A stretch of 64,000 nucleotides of DNA from Azolla caroliniana. Taxonomy: Eukaryota; Plantae; Polypodiophyta. How positions within the stretch are numbered: position 1 is the stretch's first letter; each line of letters begins with the position of its first letter. The translations under genes and the position numbers were made by a program. Under the pieces are notes generated by a model. It did no database searches. It was not told the origin of the DNA and saw nothing but the letters and a program-made list of their open reading frames with translations. Location: positions 3,906,001 to 3,970,000 of the forward strand of contig JBHGNT010000001.1 of NCBI GenBank assembly GCA_043228905.1. Reading direction: 5' to 3'. This document shows, in pieces, positions 1-12,089 of this stretch.

Positions 1-584
1 TGTAAAAGATATCGTCTTATATAATACAAAAGGATACACATATAGTTCATAATGACACGATCACTACAGTGTTTCCACAGGCCATCAGGAAAACAAGGGC
101 AAGGAAACATCACGGGATGTGTATTATGTGATAACCCAAATTCAATCCTCGCATTGGCCTTTATATGGTATTTTAGTCCCCTACGGACCTTCAAAAAACC
201 CCTCTTTCTTCAGATGAGTATTGAAGTAAACAATTGGGACACAATTGGGACGAAAACAAACTTAATTGTATTCATGTCTCATTCCTATCTCTCTCTGACA
301 CCATTTTTTCATTACTCATTTTTCAATAATTCTCAGTATCCTAACCATGTTTGTCCTTCCATTTCCCCTAAAGGTAGATTCATATGTAGAAACCTTTATT
401 CATCCTGTAGTTATACCTTCACCTCTCTTCAGCATTGATTCAATCCTTGTCTTACCATCAAATATCTCAGAAAAAAGAAATTGAGCAAATGATCCATACA
501 AAGATAAAAATAATACATGGGGAAGATGCTAGGTGAAAGATCGATTTTTAAAAAAAAATTATGCTTCTTTCCTTACTAGCTCAC

Positions 585-1010
585 CTGTACGTTTTGAAGT
601 GTGTAAACATGGACAAACTGTCGTTTTATATCGTAAATACTCTTATTGAAGATTGATAATATCCCATCTCTTTCACTTCATCTTTGCTTCCAATTAAGAA
701 ACACTTCTGCAAAGAGAAACGAAAGAACAATATAATCTAGGCCCTTATAACAGATCAGATGCTATATGAATCGTGGCGCTCCCTTTCTATCATTCTTTCT
801 GTCTCTATTTCTATGCCTCTCACACATGCCTCTCTCCCTCTACCTCTCCCTCCCACTCTCTCTCTCTCTCTCTCTCTCTCGTGTGTCTGTTTGTCTGTAT
901 GACTGACCTGCTGTGCGGAAAAAATCAATTCGGTGTGGAGATGTTGAAGAAGACTAGAGTGATCGCTGATTTAGTCTCTTCATGTGTCTGCATCTCGCCA
1001 TCACCGTGAT
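585..1010 (-). other. Probable 5' non-coding exons of a spliced transcript running off the left edge
   Basis: Minus strand: donor CAG|GTCAGT at 908/907, a (GA)n intron, acceptor TTTCTCTTTGCAG at 707/706, and a second donor CAG|GTGAGC at 585/584. No convincing long ORF. Confidence 0.45.
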
Positions 1011-1503
1011 CGCGAAAAATATTGACTTAAAAGTTAAAATTACAAGTCTCTATTATCTATCTATGAATCAACACACACGCGCACGTGTCTGTGCCATCTC
1101 TTCCGCTGTTTGAAAGCTCCTCATATCTCAGGACATGGCACCATACCACCAAAGGACGAATAACTTTGTAAAAGTAAATTATGCTTCTAATTACCTCAGA
1201 TTAGGAGATATTTCCTCTTTAATTCCAGGTCTCGATCAAGTAACTGAATACTCCTCAAATTCGCTTGATCAAGGCCACATATTTTATATCTAATCGGAGT
1301 GTAGTTCTTCATTATATCTAACACATGTACCATGAGGAGCCCAAAATTTGACCAAATACATATAATAGGTAGTTTTAAATGTAACCAAGGATACTTCTTG
1401 AAATGGGGATGCATGTGACATGATGATGTGAGTGTATGCATACTCCTCCTTCAGGCTTTCCAAAAATCCTTGGTTATAATTAGGTGTTAATTAGCAATGT
1501 AAA

Positions 1504-1570
1504 TGGTTAATCGTTAGGTTTAGGTTACAAGAGTGGTTAATCGTTAGGTTTAGGTTACAAGAGTGGTTAA
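1504..1570. repeat. 30-bp tandem repeat, about 2.3 copies
   Basis: TGGTTAATCGTTAGGTTTAGGTTACAAGAG at 1504 and 1534, with a partial third copy. Confidence 0.85.
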
Positions 1571-2982
1571 TTAGTTAGGGATCAATACGCTAACTAGGTA
1601 ATCAAACTTTCAACTTCTGATTAGGGGGTTAATTTTTATGAGAAGAGTGTGGTTCATCCACTAATACATTGCTTCTTAAAAGGGATTCAATTTGATTGAA
1701 GGGTATTTTGGAAACCATCAATGTCATGGAAAAAATCACAACACACAAGTCTCATAAAAAACATAACCATTTACTATAAAACCCCATCTTAATTTTAATA
1801 AAAAAAACACATGAGAAGTTTTCAAACAACGCCATGATATGCACTTTAAGTTGTAACAAATTCAAACGAGGCTTCCCAAAACAATCAATTTGTCTATGCA
1901 AGGAGGTAACATTAATCAAACATGCAAATTATACATTTCCTCATTCATGAAAAAGTAGTGGTGGTCGATTGCATATATGAGTTTCTAGTGTCTCTTCTTA
2001 GTGCCATAATATCTTCACCCATAAGCTTATCTAAATGTTCTCATTGCAATCAAAGTATTTTTGCAATGTTAGTGTCATGCCTACTTTTGACATACTTTGG
2101 GTAGACCATCAATCGAAGCCTAATATATTCTATTGACTTCTTCAACGAAATTGAAAACTGAATAATTTAGACCTAGGTTGCTTTCAACAAATGTAGTATG
2201 CAAATGTACGCACTTGCCATTGTCATGTGGCAAGCTATTAAACATTCATGTGGAGCTACTACAATCTAAATATTTACTGGCCTTGTCAAGAACTTTAATT
2301 TAATAATTAGTTTATTCATCATAACATATATATCTCTCTTGTGAAGTTATCCCACATTGTTTAAGGTGCCCGGAGCACATGTGGTAGGTATGTTTCTCGA
2401 GGTGATCAAACTAAACTAAGGTTTGGAAAGTCGGAAACAAAATTGAAGAGATTGTAGAGGGCTTGAATATACTTTAAAGTTTACACCAACTATACAAAGA
2501 CTATGGCAATAAAGATGAGGGGGGCAGTTGCTCTAAAACTTGTGTGCAATTGTAACATGTCCTTCAGCTTAATATAGAGAGAACTAGTCATGTCAATGTA
2601 CTAGAATAATCAAGAGCAATTCCTTCCTTAGGCTCCCGACAAAATGAATCGTGCTAAGCTAAGCAGCGTTACTTGAATATAACACGTTAAAAGTTACAAA
2701 TAAGTTATACTTACACTTCTGAAACTTCCATCACACATATAGATTAAGGTGTCTGGGATGTGGGGCCTTTGCCAAACAACAGCAACAAATAACGGACTAA
2801 GCAACAACAATGACTCAGGCAGGCACTTCAACAAAAAGAAGAGGAGAAGAAGAAAAGCAAGCCAAAATGTCTTGGAAAAGAACAAGTTCACTACACAAAT
2901 GACTAGGTACAATGTCTTCGCGAGAGAGAAAGAGAAGCAAATTGGGGGTGCTACACTTGGGGTTGGGGGGGTTTTTCATTTC

Positions 2983-3807
2983 TCACTTGCCGGGGACAAA
3001 GTTGGTCGCGTAGGCCCACGCATTGTTGACGGTGGGATCAGCCAAGTGGTCATTCAAGTTCTCGATGGGGCCTTTGCCGGTCACGATGGCTTGGACGAAG
3101 AAGCCGAACATGGAGAACATGGCGAGGCGGCCGTTCTTGATCTCCTTCACTTTGAGCTCGGCGAACGCGTCGGGGTCGTCGGCGAGGCCCAAGGGGTCGA
3201 AGGAGCCGCCCGGGTAGATGGGGTCGGTCACTTCCCCGAGGGGCCCACCGGCCACACGGTAGCCCTCGATGGCGCCCATGAGGACAACTTGGACGGCCCA
3301 GATGGCCAGGATGCTCTGGGCGTGGACAAGGCTAGGGTTGCCCAGGTAGTCGAGGCCGCCCTCGGAGAAGATCTGGGCGCCTGCCTTGAACCACACGGCC
3401 TCGCCGAATTTGACGCCGTTCTTGGCCAGGAGCTCAGGGGTGATGCAGCCCAGGGCGCCCAGCATGGCCCACCTGGCGTGGATCACCTCTAGCTCCCGGT
3501 TCTTCGCGAACGTCTCGGGGTCGGCCGAAAGGCCGGCGGTGTCCCACCCGTAGTCGCCTGGGAACTCGCCCGTCAAGTAGCTTGGGGCGGAGCCTGAGAA
3601 GGGGCCTAGGTATAGAACGCGGTCTGGCCCGTACCACGGGCTGTCGGAGGAGGAAGAGGCCTTCTTGCTGGTAGCCGACTTCCGCATGGAGATCCGGGCC
3701 TCCCCAGTGCTTCCCACTTTGGCACACAGCTCGCTCGGGGGCTTCAGCGCTACTTGCCCGGCCAACGACGGCGAAGATAGGCGAGCCGAGACCACAGAGG
3801 ATGCCAT
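2983..3807 (-). CDS. LHCB1: Major LHCII chlorophyll a/b-binding protein (Lhcb1/2-type), intronless, with transit peptide
   Basis: 274-aa ORF with [44 protein letters not shown] and C-terminal ATNFVPGK. Mature N-terminus is RKSATSKK. Lhcb1 versus Lhcb2 subtype is uncertain. Confidence 0.97.
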   Translation of the reverse strand: MASSVVSARLSSPSLAGQVALKPPSELCAKVGSTGEARISMRKSATSKKASSSSDSPWYGPDRVLYLGPFSGSAPSYLTGEFPGDYGWDTAGLSADPETFAKNRELEVIHARWAMLGALGCITPELLAKNGVKFGEAVWFKAGAQIFSEGGLDYLGNPSLVHAQSILAIWAVQVVLMGAIEGYRVAGGPLGEVTDPIYPGGSFDPLGLADDPDAFAELKVKEIKNGRLAMFSMFGFFVQAIVTGKGPIENLNDHLADPTVNNAWAYATNFVPGK

Positions 3808-3929
3808 TATTGTGTTGTTGTTGAAGGCAAGGCAGGGCAGCTAGGCAAGGGTACCTACTTACTACTACACTCTACTCTTCTTCCTCCTTTTTACTTCTTC
3901 TTCTCCTCTGTTCCTCTTTTGTCTTTTGC

Positions 3930-4170
3930 TTTTATAGGGAGGGGGGGGAGATACATACATATTCCTCTCTTATCTCTAACTTATCTTATCCACTTACCTC
4001 CCCCCCCCCCCCCCCCCTCTCTCCCTTAAATTCTCCAATGACATCGTGCCACAAACGATTCAGTCCCATTGCCCTCTCTCACATGGACGAATCGATGATG
4101 ATGGGCCCTCTTGCTTGCTTGCCCCCACTTGCTCACTTTACATGACTCCATACATTATCTTGAAAATCTC
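3930..4170 (-). promoter_or_regulatory. Lhcb promoter: TATA box, GATA/I-box cluster, CCA1-like site
   Basis: Minus-strand CTATAAAA at 3930-3937, GATAAGATAAG...GATAAG at about 3970-3990 and AAAATCT at 4163-4169, the classic layout of cab/Lhcb promoters. Confidence 0.65.
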
Positions 4171-5060
4171 TCGCGATTTCCTTTAATCTCTGTCTTCCTC
4201 ACACATTATCATATCCCATAGGTCCCACATTCACCCAATCATCTTGCACTACCACTATCTTAAAATTTCTACACATCTAAGGCAATTGCCATGGCACTTA
4301 ACGATTTCATGCTCGCATTCGCGTTACGTTGCATTTGCGACACATCCCCCACATGCTACAATCATAATCATAAAGGCGATGTCGACATACCATATATTAC
4401 ACATTGTGAACTCGTGTTGATTTAAAGTATACATACTCTCTTTTAATGTGTACTTTGTAGTTGTCCATTCATTTCTTCTTCTTGCAAGAACAAAGCGACG
4501 ACGAGTTATATCCCTCTTGCTAGAAAAGTTTGGGTAGCTAAACTCTTTACCTTCCTTATTTAATGGTTTTAGCTTGTTCGGTTTTTGCTCCTATTTTTCC
4601 AATCTTTTATTTTGTTACCATTATATATTACCAAAGGACATGCAAATAAAACTTGGGCAACTCAACAATAAAATACACAATACATTGTTTTGCAAGGCAA
4701 CTGTCCACCTACATCATCATCCCATCAATAAAAATCTACCAAGTACCATCAACTCGATTTGATGGCACTTTACTTGTATATTAGCACATCTTCAAATCGA
4801 AAAGGCATATTGGTAGTTTTGTCTTCTAACTTTTAACTCAAGGCAATTTAGATTTTGATGACACAGTTCTCTTCCATGAAAATGATCAATTAACATCATT
4901 ATTATACAGCTTGAATGTTCCAAACTCCGATGGATAGGATTAACTATCTTTGCACATATAGAAGATGAAACTTGAGAGAATTATAAAATTATTGCAATCC
5001 AAAAATCGGTAGTAGAACCCACAAGCTTCACAGCAAAAGGAATCCAGAAAACCTCAATGT

Positions 5061-5143
5061 AACTAGAATTTTTAGATGGTATCAGTGGTTCAATGATTAG
5101 ATCACTAGAATTTTTAGATGGTATCAGTGGTTCATTGATTAGA
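5061..5143. repeat. 42-bp tandem duplication
   Basis: ACTAGAATTTTTAGATGGTATCAGTGGTTCA(A/T)TGATTAGAT occurs twice. Confidence 0.9.
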
Positions 5144-5540
5144 TTTTACAAAGATGAGTCTTTACATGTCAAAAACTCGTCATTAGAAGCTAGAATTTAC
5201 AGGTCTGGTGCGAGTGAACCCTTCCACATGTTTTGTGATTGTAAAGATAGGGCCATGTACATTGCACAAAGCTTTGATAAATTACAATAGTCTATAAATT
5301 CTCCCAAAAGCCTCTGCAAGCCATACTTATCAGCCAGCAACAACTCTGACAACATCAATATACTCCTTTCAGAATATACTTTTAAGCTTCAGACAGAAAA
5401 TTTCCTTCCAATCATTAGGTCTGAAATGCAGAGATAGCAATGGACCACCTCCAATCATAGCAGAAGACATCCATCAGACATGTTATTGATTTTCCAACTG
5501 ACTTAGATGGACCAACCAAATACTAAATGTGGAATGATCA

Positions 5541-8500
5541 TCATAGCAACGACATCGAGAACCGTAACAAATACTCTGGAGTCAACTTTGCAGGGAGCGG
5601 AATGGGTTGGTGTACGTTATTTAGAAACTCTAGTTGTCGGGTCAAAGACATTTGATTCATTGAATGTTCAAAGTCGTCAATATCTTTATCACTGAGGCTA
5701 CCAGTCTCCATAACTGTTGTGTACGATCTCGAGATACTGCTAGGTGTCATACAGATATCTGAACATGCATCTGTCCTTTTGGGGGAACTACCTAGCTCAT
5801 TGTCATCAACTTCCAATTCAACGTCAGAAATATCATCTTCATCATCATGAGATGGCACCATAGACCAAAATATGAAATTTGGTCTTATGAACCTACATAA
5901 AAATGATCGGTATCAGGATCATCATATATAAATTGTATATCTATTTATATATCCAAACAAGAGAAATGAGATGGAATCCTAACCTATCTGACCGTTTCAA
6001 CAGGTATGGATCAAACGGAAAGAACATATCAAGCCGATTTATACCACCAAATGTGTTTGGAGAAAGAGTCTCAATATTTCGGTTCACTTCTTTCAATAAA
6101 CATTCATCAACAAGGTGTGCTTTCGAAGCTTGCTTCAGGAATTCCTCTACAACTGAAGGCAAACATAGCTGTACAGAATTTCACACATACATCAGCCCTA
6201 TACATTTTAGGTTAACAACTTTCAGAATAAATTTACATCCAGAAATGTCAGTCACCTTAAAAGGGTTTAGTATGTGCTTCACAAAGTCGTTCATGCGCAG
6301 CCTACGCAAAGCTTCTCGTTCATGTGTATCATCTAGCAATGCTCTCATCCTAAAGCTAAGGACATACATAACAGCCTGCAACATAGGGCATCAGAAAAAC
6401 ACCATCCAGATTTACAGAAACAAGTTTAAGCACAGAATCTGTTACCTGGCATGCAGAATAAAAGACACCATGCACCCCTGCATCTACAACTCCTTTCTTG
6501 TCAAATTGCCTAGGAGTGTAGGCAACACACCAATCCACAACTCTGCGAAAAATAATGAATCAATTCATGTCTAAGAATAAATAAATGTCACTGCCAAAAA
6601 GACCTTGCACTAGAGAAACCACCTTTTAAGAGATGACGAGATTACTGCCAAAGGAAGATATTTAGCACGAGCAAGAAAACTTGCAAGATAAGCTGCTGCA
6701 GACATTCTGAAAAATAGAAAGAGTATATATTCCATGAATACTTTTACTGTTAGCTATTCCAATAACTACACTAACATTATGTTATGCTGCTAGAATTATT
6801 TTACATGCCGTAGCAGTTCAGAGAATCATTCAATTCATATACAACCACAAAAAAAACTAGAACTAGCCCACAGAAAACGCTTAAAGATATACCAGTTGCT
6901 TTGTGCCAATTTGTTCCAAGTAAACAGAGAGACCATACCCTTGTTACTACACCCCTGGTCATCAAATCATTGCCATTAACACATATTATGTACTCTGAAA
7001 AACAGTTACTGACTCAGGCTCATATATTTACAAAACTAAAGAATTCAAGAGTCCCTGGGCTCTTGTGATATCTGACATTGTCTTCTCTTCCTCTTCTCAG
7101 CAAGGCATAACATCACCACAAAATATAGCAAACCCCCTCAACATAATGGCATTGCAAGTTCCCAAACAAAGATTCTGTTCTGGATTACACTTCCAAGGAT
7201 AGTAAAAACATCTGTAAAAAACTAAATATCGAACATTGTTCACAAAATTATATGAATTTCCAATTTCCTCTTTAGTCAACTTTGCACCTCATCATGGAGC
7301 ACCCACACTTCAATTAAATCCATTGTACAAGGAGATTAAGATAGCCTACAGTGTCTTCCAAGACTCAAAAGTTGAATGCCAAAGTGTTATGTACAGTAAA
7401 CTAAGAAATATAAGCATATAAATCCTCAAGACTACTAGACCATGAATATTTGGTTTCTAGATCTCAAATATTATACAAGAGAGGCTGTGAATTAGGACAA
7501 GCTTTGTGTTTTGACATTATACAGATCAGGTTTAAACTACCTTGAATTTGGAGCTCGGCTAGTCGAAGTCAAAATATCACAAAGTATTGCAGCAAACTTG
7601 GCACCACACATTGTGGGTGCAACAGAGCAGACGTAGAAAATCAGAAACTGCAAGAACAAAATTCTCAAACTGTAAGTGAGCTAACTACCACACACAGCAA
7701 TCAACTAAGCTAATACATCAAAACCAAAAAGACCAAGCTCACCTGTGTAAACTTTGATTTGAATGTATCTAAGATGGTTGATTGAAACGAATGCATCAAT
7801 ATATCAAAAACCTTCATATAAACATGATATGAGTATAAATTTTCAAGCTTAAACAGGCACTCAAACATGAAAGAGATATACCAGTTCAATTTGTCCAGCA
7901 TCTAGATAATTTTTCAGATGCTGAAGAGTCATATCCATGAGGATGTCCATTTTGTCAGCAACAGCGCAAAGGCTCTGTCTCTTCTTTCCATTGTTTGACA
8001 GAGTAATAGGCAACTGTTGTGCCTAAAGAATGAAAGGAAACATATTTCAAAAACAGCATATATAATTATGAAACATAATCATAACATATCATGCAGTCGC
8101 AATATTTCACGGTTGCAGATTAAGAAAAAGCAGGAGAACATATAAAACTAGAAACAAACTAAACTGGTGAAGCATAGAAAAACAGATTTACAGAAGCTAA
8201 AATAAAATAAAATATGAATAGAGCATAGATACACAAACAAGAGCAAACTATGGCTAAAACAATAATTAAATTCAAACTTAGCGCCTTTCAGGTATATCCC
8301 TCGATATTATTAAGTCAAATACCTTCATATGAAACTTCATCATTTCAAGACTTGACATAAAGATATAAAAAGAAAGCTTAACACGAAAATGTTGGAATCC
8401 ATACCTCACTTCCAGGACCACCTAGGGCAATTTCTTCATTTTCCTCCAGCATTTCATCAAACTCCATGTCAAAGATGAAAACTTTGTTGCTATCATCTTC

Positions 8501-9935
8501 AGAAACTATATCTTCCCACCTTATTTCAACCTTCACAAATTCAGTGATATATTCAGCTAAAACATGATAACTCATGACAACCTCTACTATATTGAATTGA
8601 TTCAAACAATGAAAGATAGCAATAACTTCATATGACTTGAGTTAAATATATGAGATCTAAAGAATTGGAAGTCAATTTTCTGGGATGCTGGGAAATATTT
8701 TATTTCTGGAAACGTGAGGAAGACAACCAAACTCACATCAATCTCAATTAATCTGTCAATTACAGCCATTATCATTTGATTGCGTATGAACTCTCCTTGA
8801 ACGTCTTGTGCAAGCCGTAGCATATTTTCCATATACAATGCATTCCACTAGTCACAAAGTGAAGATCAACCACAAGACATGATGAGAAACAAAGAGAAGA
8901 TCCCCAGAAGGGCTGTTAATAAATAAATCACAAAAAGAATGAAGACAAACCTCTTTATCAACAATTCGATGGGGCATTCTTTGAATAACAATCGGTTTCA
9001 GATGCAACGTTGTCATGGGTACAAGCTCTGAAATGCGAGCAATCGCAGAATGAACTCGTTCTAGAATGTCATTCTTTCTACCAATGTGCTCAGTTTTCCA
9101 CTGAGTAAGTGTCTCTTTTGGCATTCCTTTCATAAGTGCTCTCCTGCTGAAAAAGTCTATAAATGTTGGCAACCCACTTGAGGGAGGTATAAAATTCCTT
9201 ACGAGCATATCAAGACACCGTACCACAAATCCACCATTCACAGTAGCCTGCCAAGATAGAGAGGAATAATATTTTAAAGAATTATAATTTACCATTTTAT
9301 TATTTCTGAAATGAGAAACTAGAATCAGCCTTCAGACCAAATTGACGACAAATTCAATCAGCGCATCTGCCACTTCCAGGTTGTGCATCCATAAACTCAT
9401 TCCGAGGATCTGAGATGAAGAAGAATGACAATAAATGCACAAAAACACATTGCATATAAAGCTTGGTATTCAAAACGCAAACGAAAATATATTACATATG
9501 AAATGAGCATATCATGTTCCCTCTCCTTGATAAAAGATACTGTTTGGGACAAAGCCTTCAATCTAACCTGTTTATGCAATACACTGTGTTACTATTTAAT
9601 CACGGGATGTTGTCGAATTCCAAGACAATAACATCCATAAAAGTTTCACCTTAAGGAAGTTATCACTTTCGGGATCATGCAGCTGCAGATCTCTCCATTG
9701 CATAAGAAACTTCTGGTATTCTGCCGTTTCATTCTGCAAAAACATTTCTATTTCTCTCTCTTCTCTGGGGTTTACACCGTAGAATCGAAGTCACAAAATA
9801 GAGAAAACCCAAGTTCGATTCTCGTAATGGACTCAGCCCCATCTTAATAGGGTCACTCATGGCCTGTTAGCTTGGTGGTTTACACCATAGCGTCAAGAGA
9901 ACCCTAGTCCAATCTTCGCCATGAGGGTTGCCCAT

Positions 9936-9983
<48 letters not shown>

Positions 9984-10173
9984 ATTGTTTCCTTTATCGC
10001 TATAGGTTCTCATAGGCTCGCTCTCTTTCTCTCCGTCTCTAGTTTACCATGAGAGAGAAGCATACCTTGGAAGCATCTGTCAAAGCTCTGATGATGTCGT
10101 GCCTAAACGAGAAACAAGCGGATCCATCCTCATTCACAATCTCTTCATGTGTCTGCATCTCCATCACCATCAT
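5541..10173 (-). CDS. RRN3: RNA polymerase I transcription initiation factor RRN3 (TIF-IA), multi-exon
   Basis: GT-AG exons join to give IDRLIEID-VEIRWEDI, DTFKSKFTQ-FLIFY, RMSAAAYLASFLARAK, HGVFYSACQ-AVMYVLSFR and LDMFFPFDPYLLKRSDR, all RRN3-family motifs. The start is one of the clustered ATGs (MMVMEM) at 10173. Confidence 0.92.
9765..9940 (+). mobile_element. Two tandem tRNA-derived SINE-like heads in RRN3 intron 1
   Basis: Shared GGTTTACACC(G/A)TAG...AGAGAA..CCC.AGT(T/C)C(G/A)AT. A-box-like TAGCTTGGTGG at 9868-9878, B-box GTTCGATTC at 9813-9821 and a degenerate B box at 9907-9914. Confidence 0.45.
9941..9980. repeat. (TC)20 microsatellite
   Basis: Direct reading. Confidence 0.95.
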
Positions 10174-10265
10174 CGCTGATTTAGTAACTCCGAGAAGTAA
10201 GAACGGCCGCAAAGAACAGAGGCTATGGCAATGATGACGATGATGTGTGTTCAATTTTGAGACTT

Positions 10266-10274
10266 TTAGGGTTT
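10266..10274 (-). promoter_or_regulatory. Telo-box upstream of RRN3
   Basis: TTAGGGTTT (= AAACCCTAA) about 95 bp upstream of the ATG. Confidence 0.6.
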
Positions 10275-10718
10275 TTGGAAACGCAAAGTAATGCTTTGTA
10301 AGTTTTAATTCCCGTCCAACAACTTCAACACATTCATATATTTATGAAAAATACCCCCTTCTCTCCTCGTCTTCTATGGAAATCCCATCGTTTACCCCTT
10401 CTTTCTTCCAATATAAGTACCCAACTCAATAAGGAAACACGAGTGCTATTTCTTGGGCATTTTCATTAGAAATGAGCAGACATTTTGAGTCAATTTTCCA
10501 TATTGTGCGCAACGGACAATCACACATTTGCATATGTGCGTGCATGACCGAAAAGACGCGCACCCTAAATTCTTACGCTACACCTTAGTGTGCACTTATT
10601 GACTAATGATAACCCTCGAGGAATCCCATATTGTGTTCAGCCACATGGAAAACAACTATATTGTGTATTTTTACCTGCTCCACCTTTGACAATATCAATA
10701 ACTGGAAATCGTTCTCTA

Positions 10719-11000
10719 AGTATCTAAAACTCTCAAAACCTTGTATATATGAATAATATAGTTGGCATGTTTAATGAATAATTAGATGCCCTATGTATGT
10801 GCATTGTGCGCTATCAATCTTGAATTGACATCAATGTCTCCACCATGGTTTAATTATGAATAGTATCTAAAACTCTCAAAGCATTGTATATATGAATAAT
10901 ATAGTTGGCATGGTTAATCAATAATTATATGCCCTATGTATGTGTGTTGTGATATCAATCTTCATGGGCATCGATATCACCGCCATGGCTTAATTATGAC
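10719..11000. repeat. About 143-bp degenerate tandem duplication
   Basis: AGTATCTAAAACTCTCAAA...CCATGG(T/C)TTAATTATGA at about 10719 and 10862. Confidence 0.88.
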
Positions 11001-12089
11001 CCTTCATGGACACTTATGAAATACGCTCCCAATTACTATGTGTCCCCTTCCATTCTAATGCAAGTTGTATATGGTTTTGATAGTTTCGACATCAAACAAT
11101 CGTCATTTAACATTGATTTCACTTCTCTTGCTGAAACAAGATAGCACGAGTTTGTTATGTATGCATCAATTAAAGTTCATTGGAAAGACAAATCAACGTT
11201 AAAAACTCCCAAAGCATTCAAGTATTTTTAATTGAGTATTTTATTTATTTATTTATTTATTTAGTGTGGGAAGGTAGTTTCAAGGATTCTTTATTGAGAA
11301 TTTGATTAAGTACTTCAATTATTAACCATCTACACCTTACAATGTGTACATATGTTTATGATATGAATTTGTATTTAAATAATGTGCTACACAACACGCT
11401 TACATTGAATGTCTTGCACATAAATGCCTGTCCTATAGGGCCATCACCAGAGGAGAAGAAAACTGAAATTGCTCACCTCCAACATCTTAATCGTGGTATT
11501 ATTACATATGCCAAACAATGCGTATAGTGAATGTCTCGGAAGTAAATCATGTACAGGGCTACCATCAAAGGAGAGAGGACAAAGCATCTGAAATACATGA
11601 TCACGTTCGCAAAGCAGGCACCATTTGATAGAAAGTGGTAATATCAGTGCCACTAACCAGATGGGTGGTGAAGAGGATAGCTAGATAAAACTTTATGTGT
11701 GATTTTACCCTTGGAACCCTTAGTAATAGCCCTTGTTTGTTGCAATGAATCATTTACTGTCAAATCAGCTCCAAGATCCTTTTGGAAGGCTTCTTCCCAT
11801 ATCTTGTGAACCCAACCTTAAAAATGGTCAGTTAGCAGTTAATCCATTATCACGAGGAAAGGATAATCACTATAGTACATGGCATATGATTTGTTCAGCA
11901 AACAATGAACCAAATTCAGGGAAATTGGGTTGTCGTCTCAGCGACAACATTTTGTGTAAACGCTAGAAATTAACTGTTCCTAAGCAAGGATAAACCGAAA
12001 TAATTATTAGTGACTGCATCTATTGCCCAACTTGTTGCTATTTCTTGTTACTCTTGCCCTCATTAAGTATCCACACACTTCCAATTTGT

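Noticed and set aside
2749-3492. 247-aa plus-strand ORF overlapping Lhcb
   Set aside because: Antisense shadow of a GC3-rich CDS with no recognisable domain.
5903-6574. 223-aa plus-strand ORF
   Set aside because: Antisense to RRN3 exons and introns; no protein-like features.
11444-11966. Possible detached DYW domain downstream of the PPR gene
   Set aside because: No HxE, CxxC or DYW-type motifs recognised; probably 3' UTR or intergenic.
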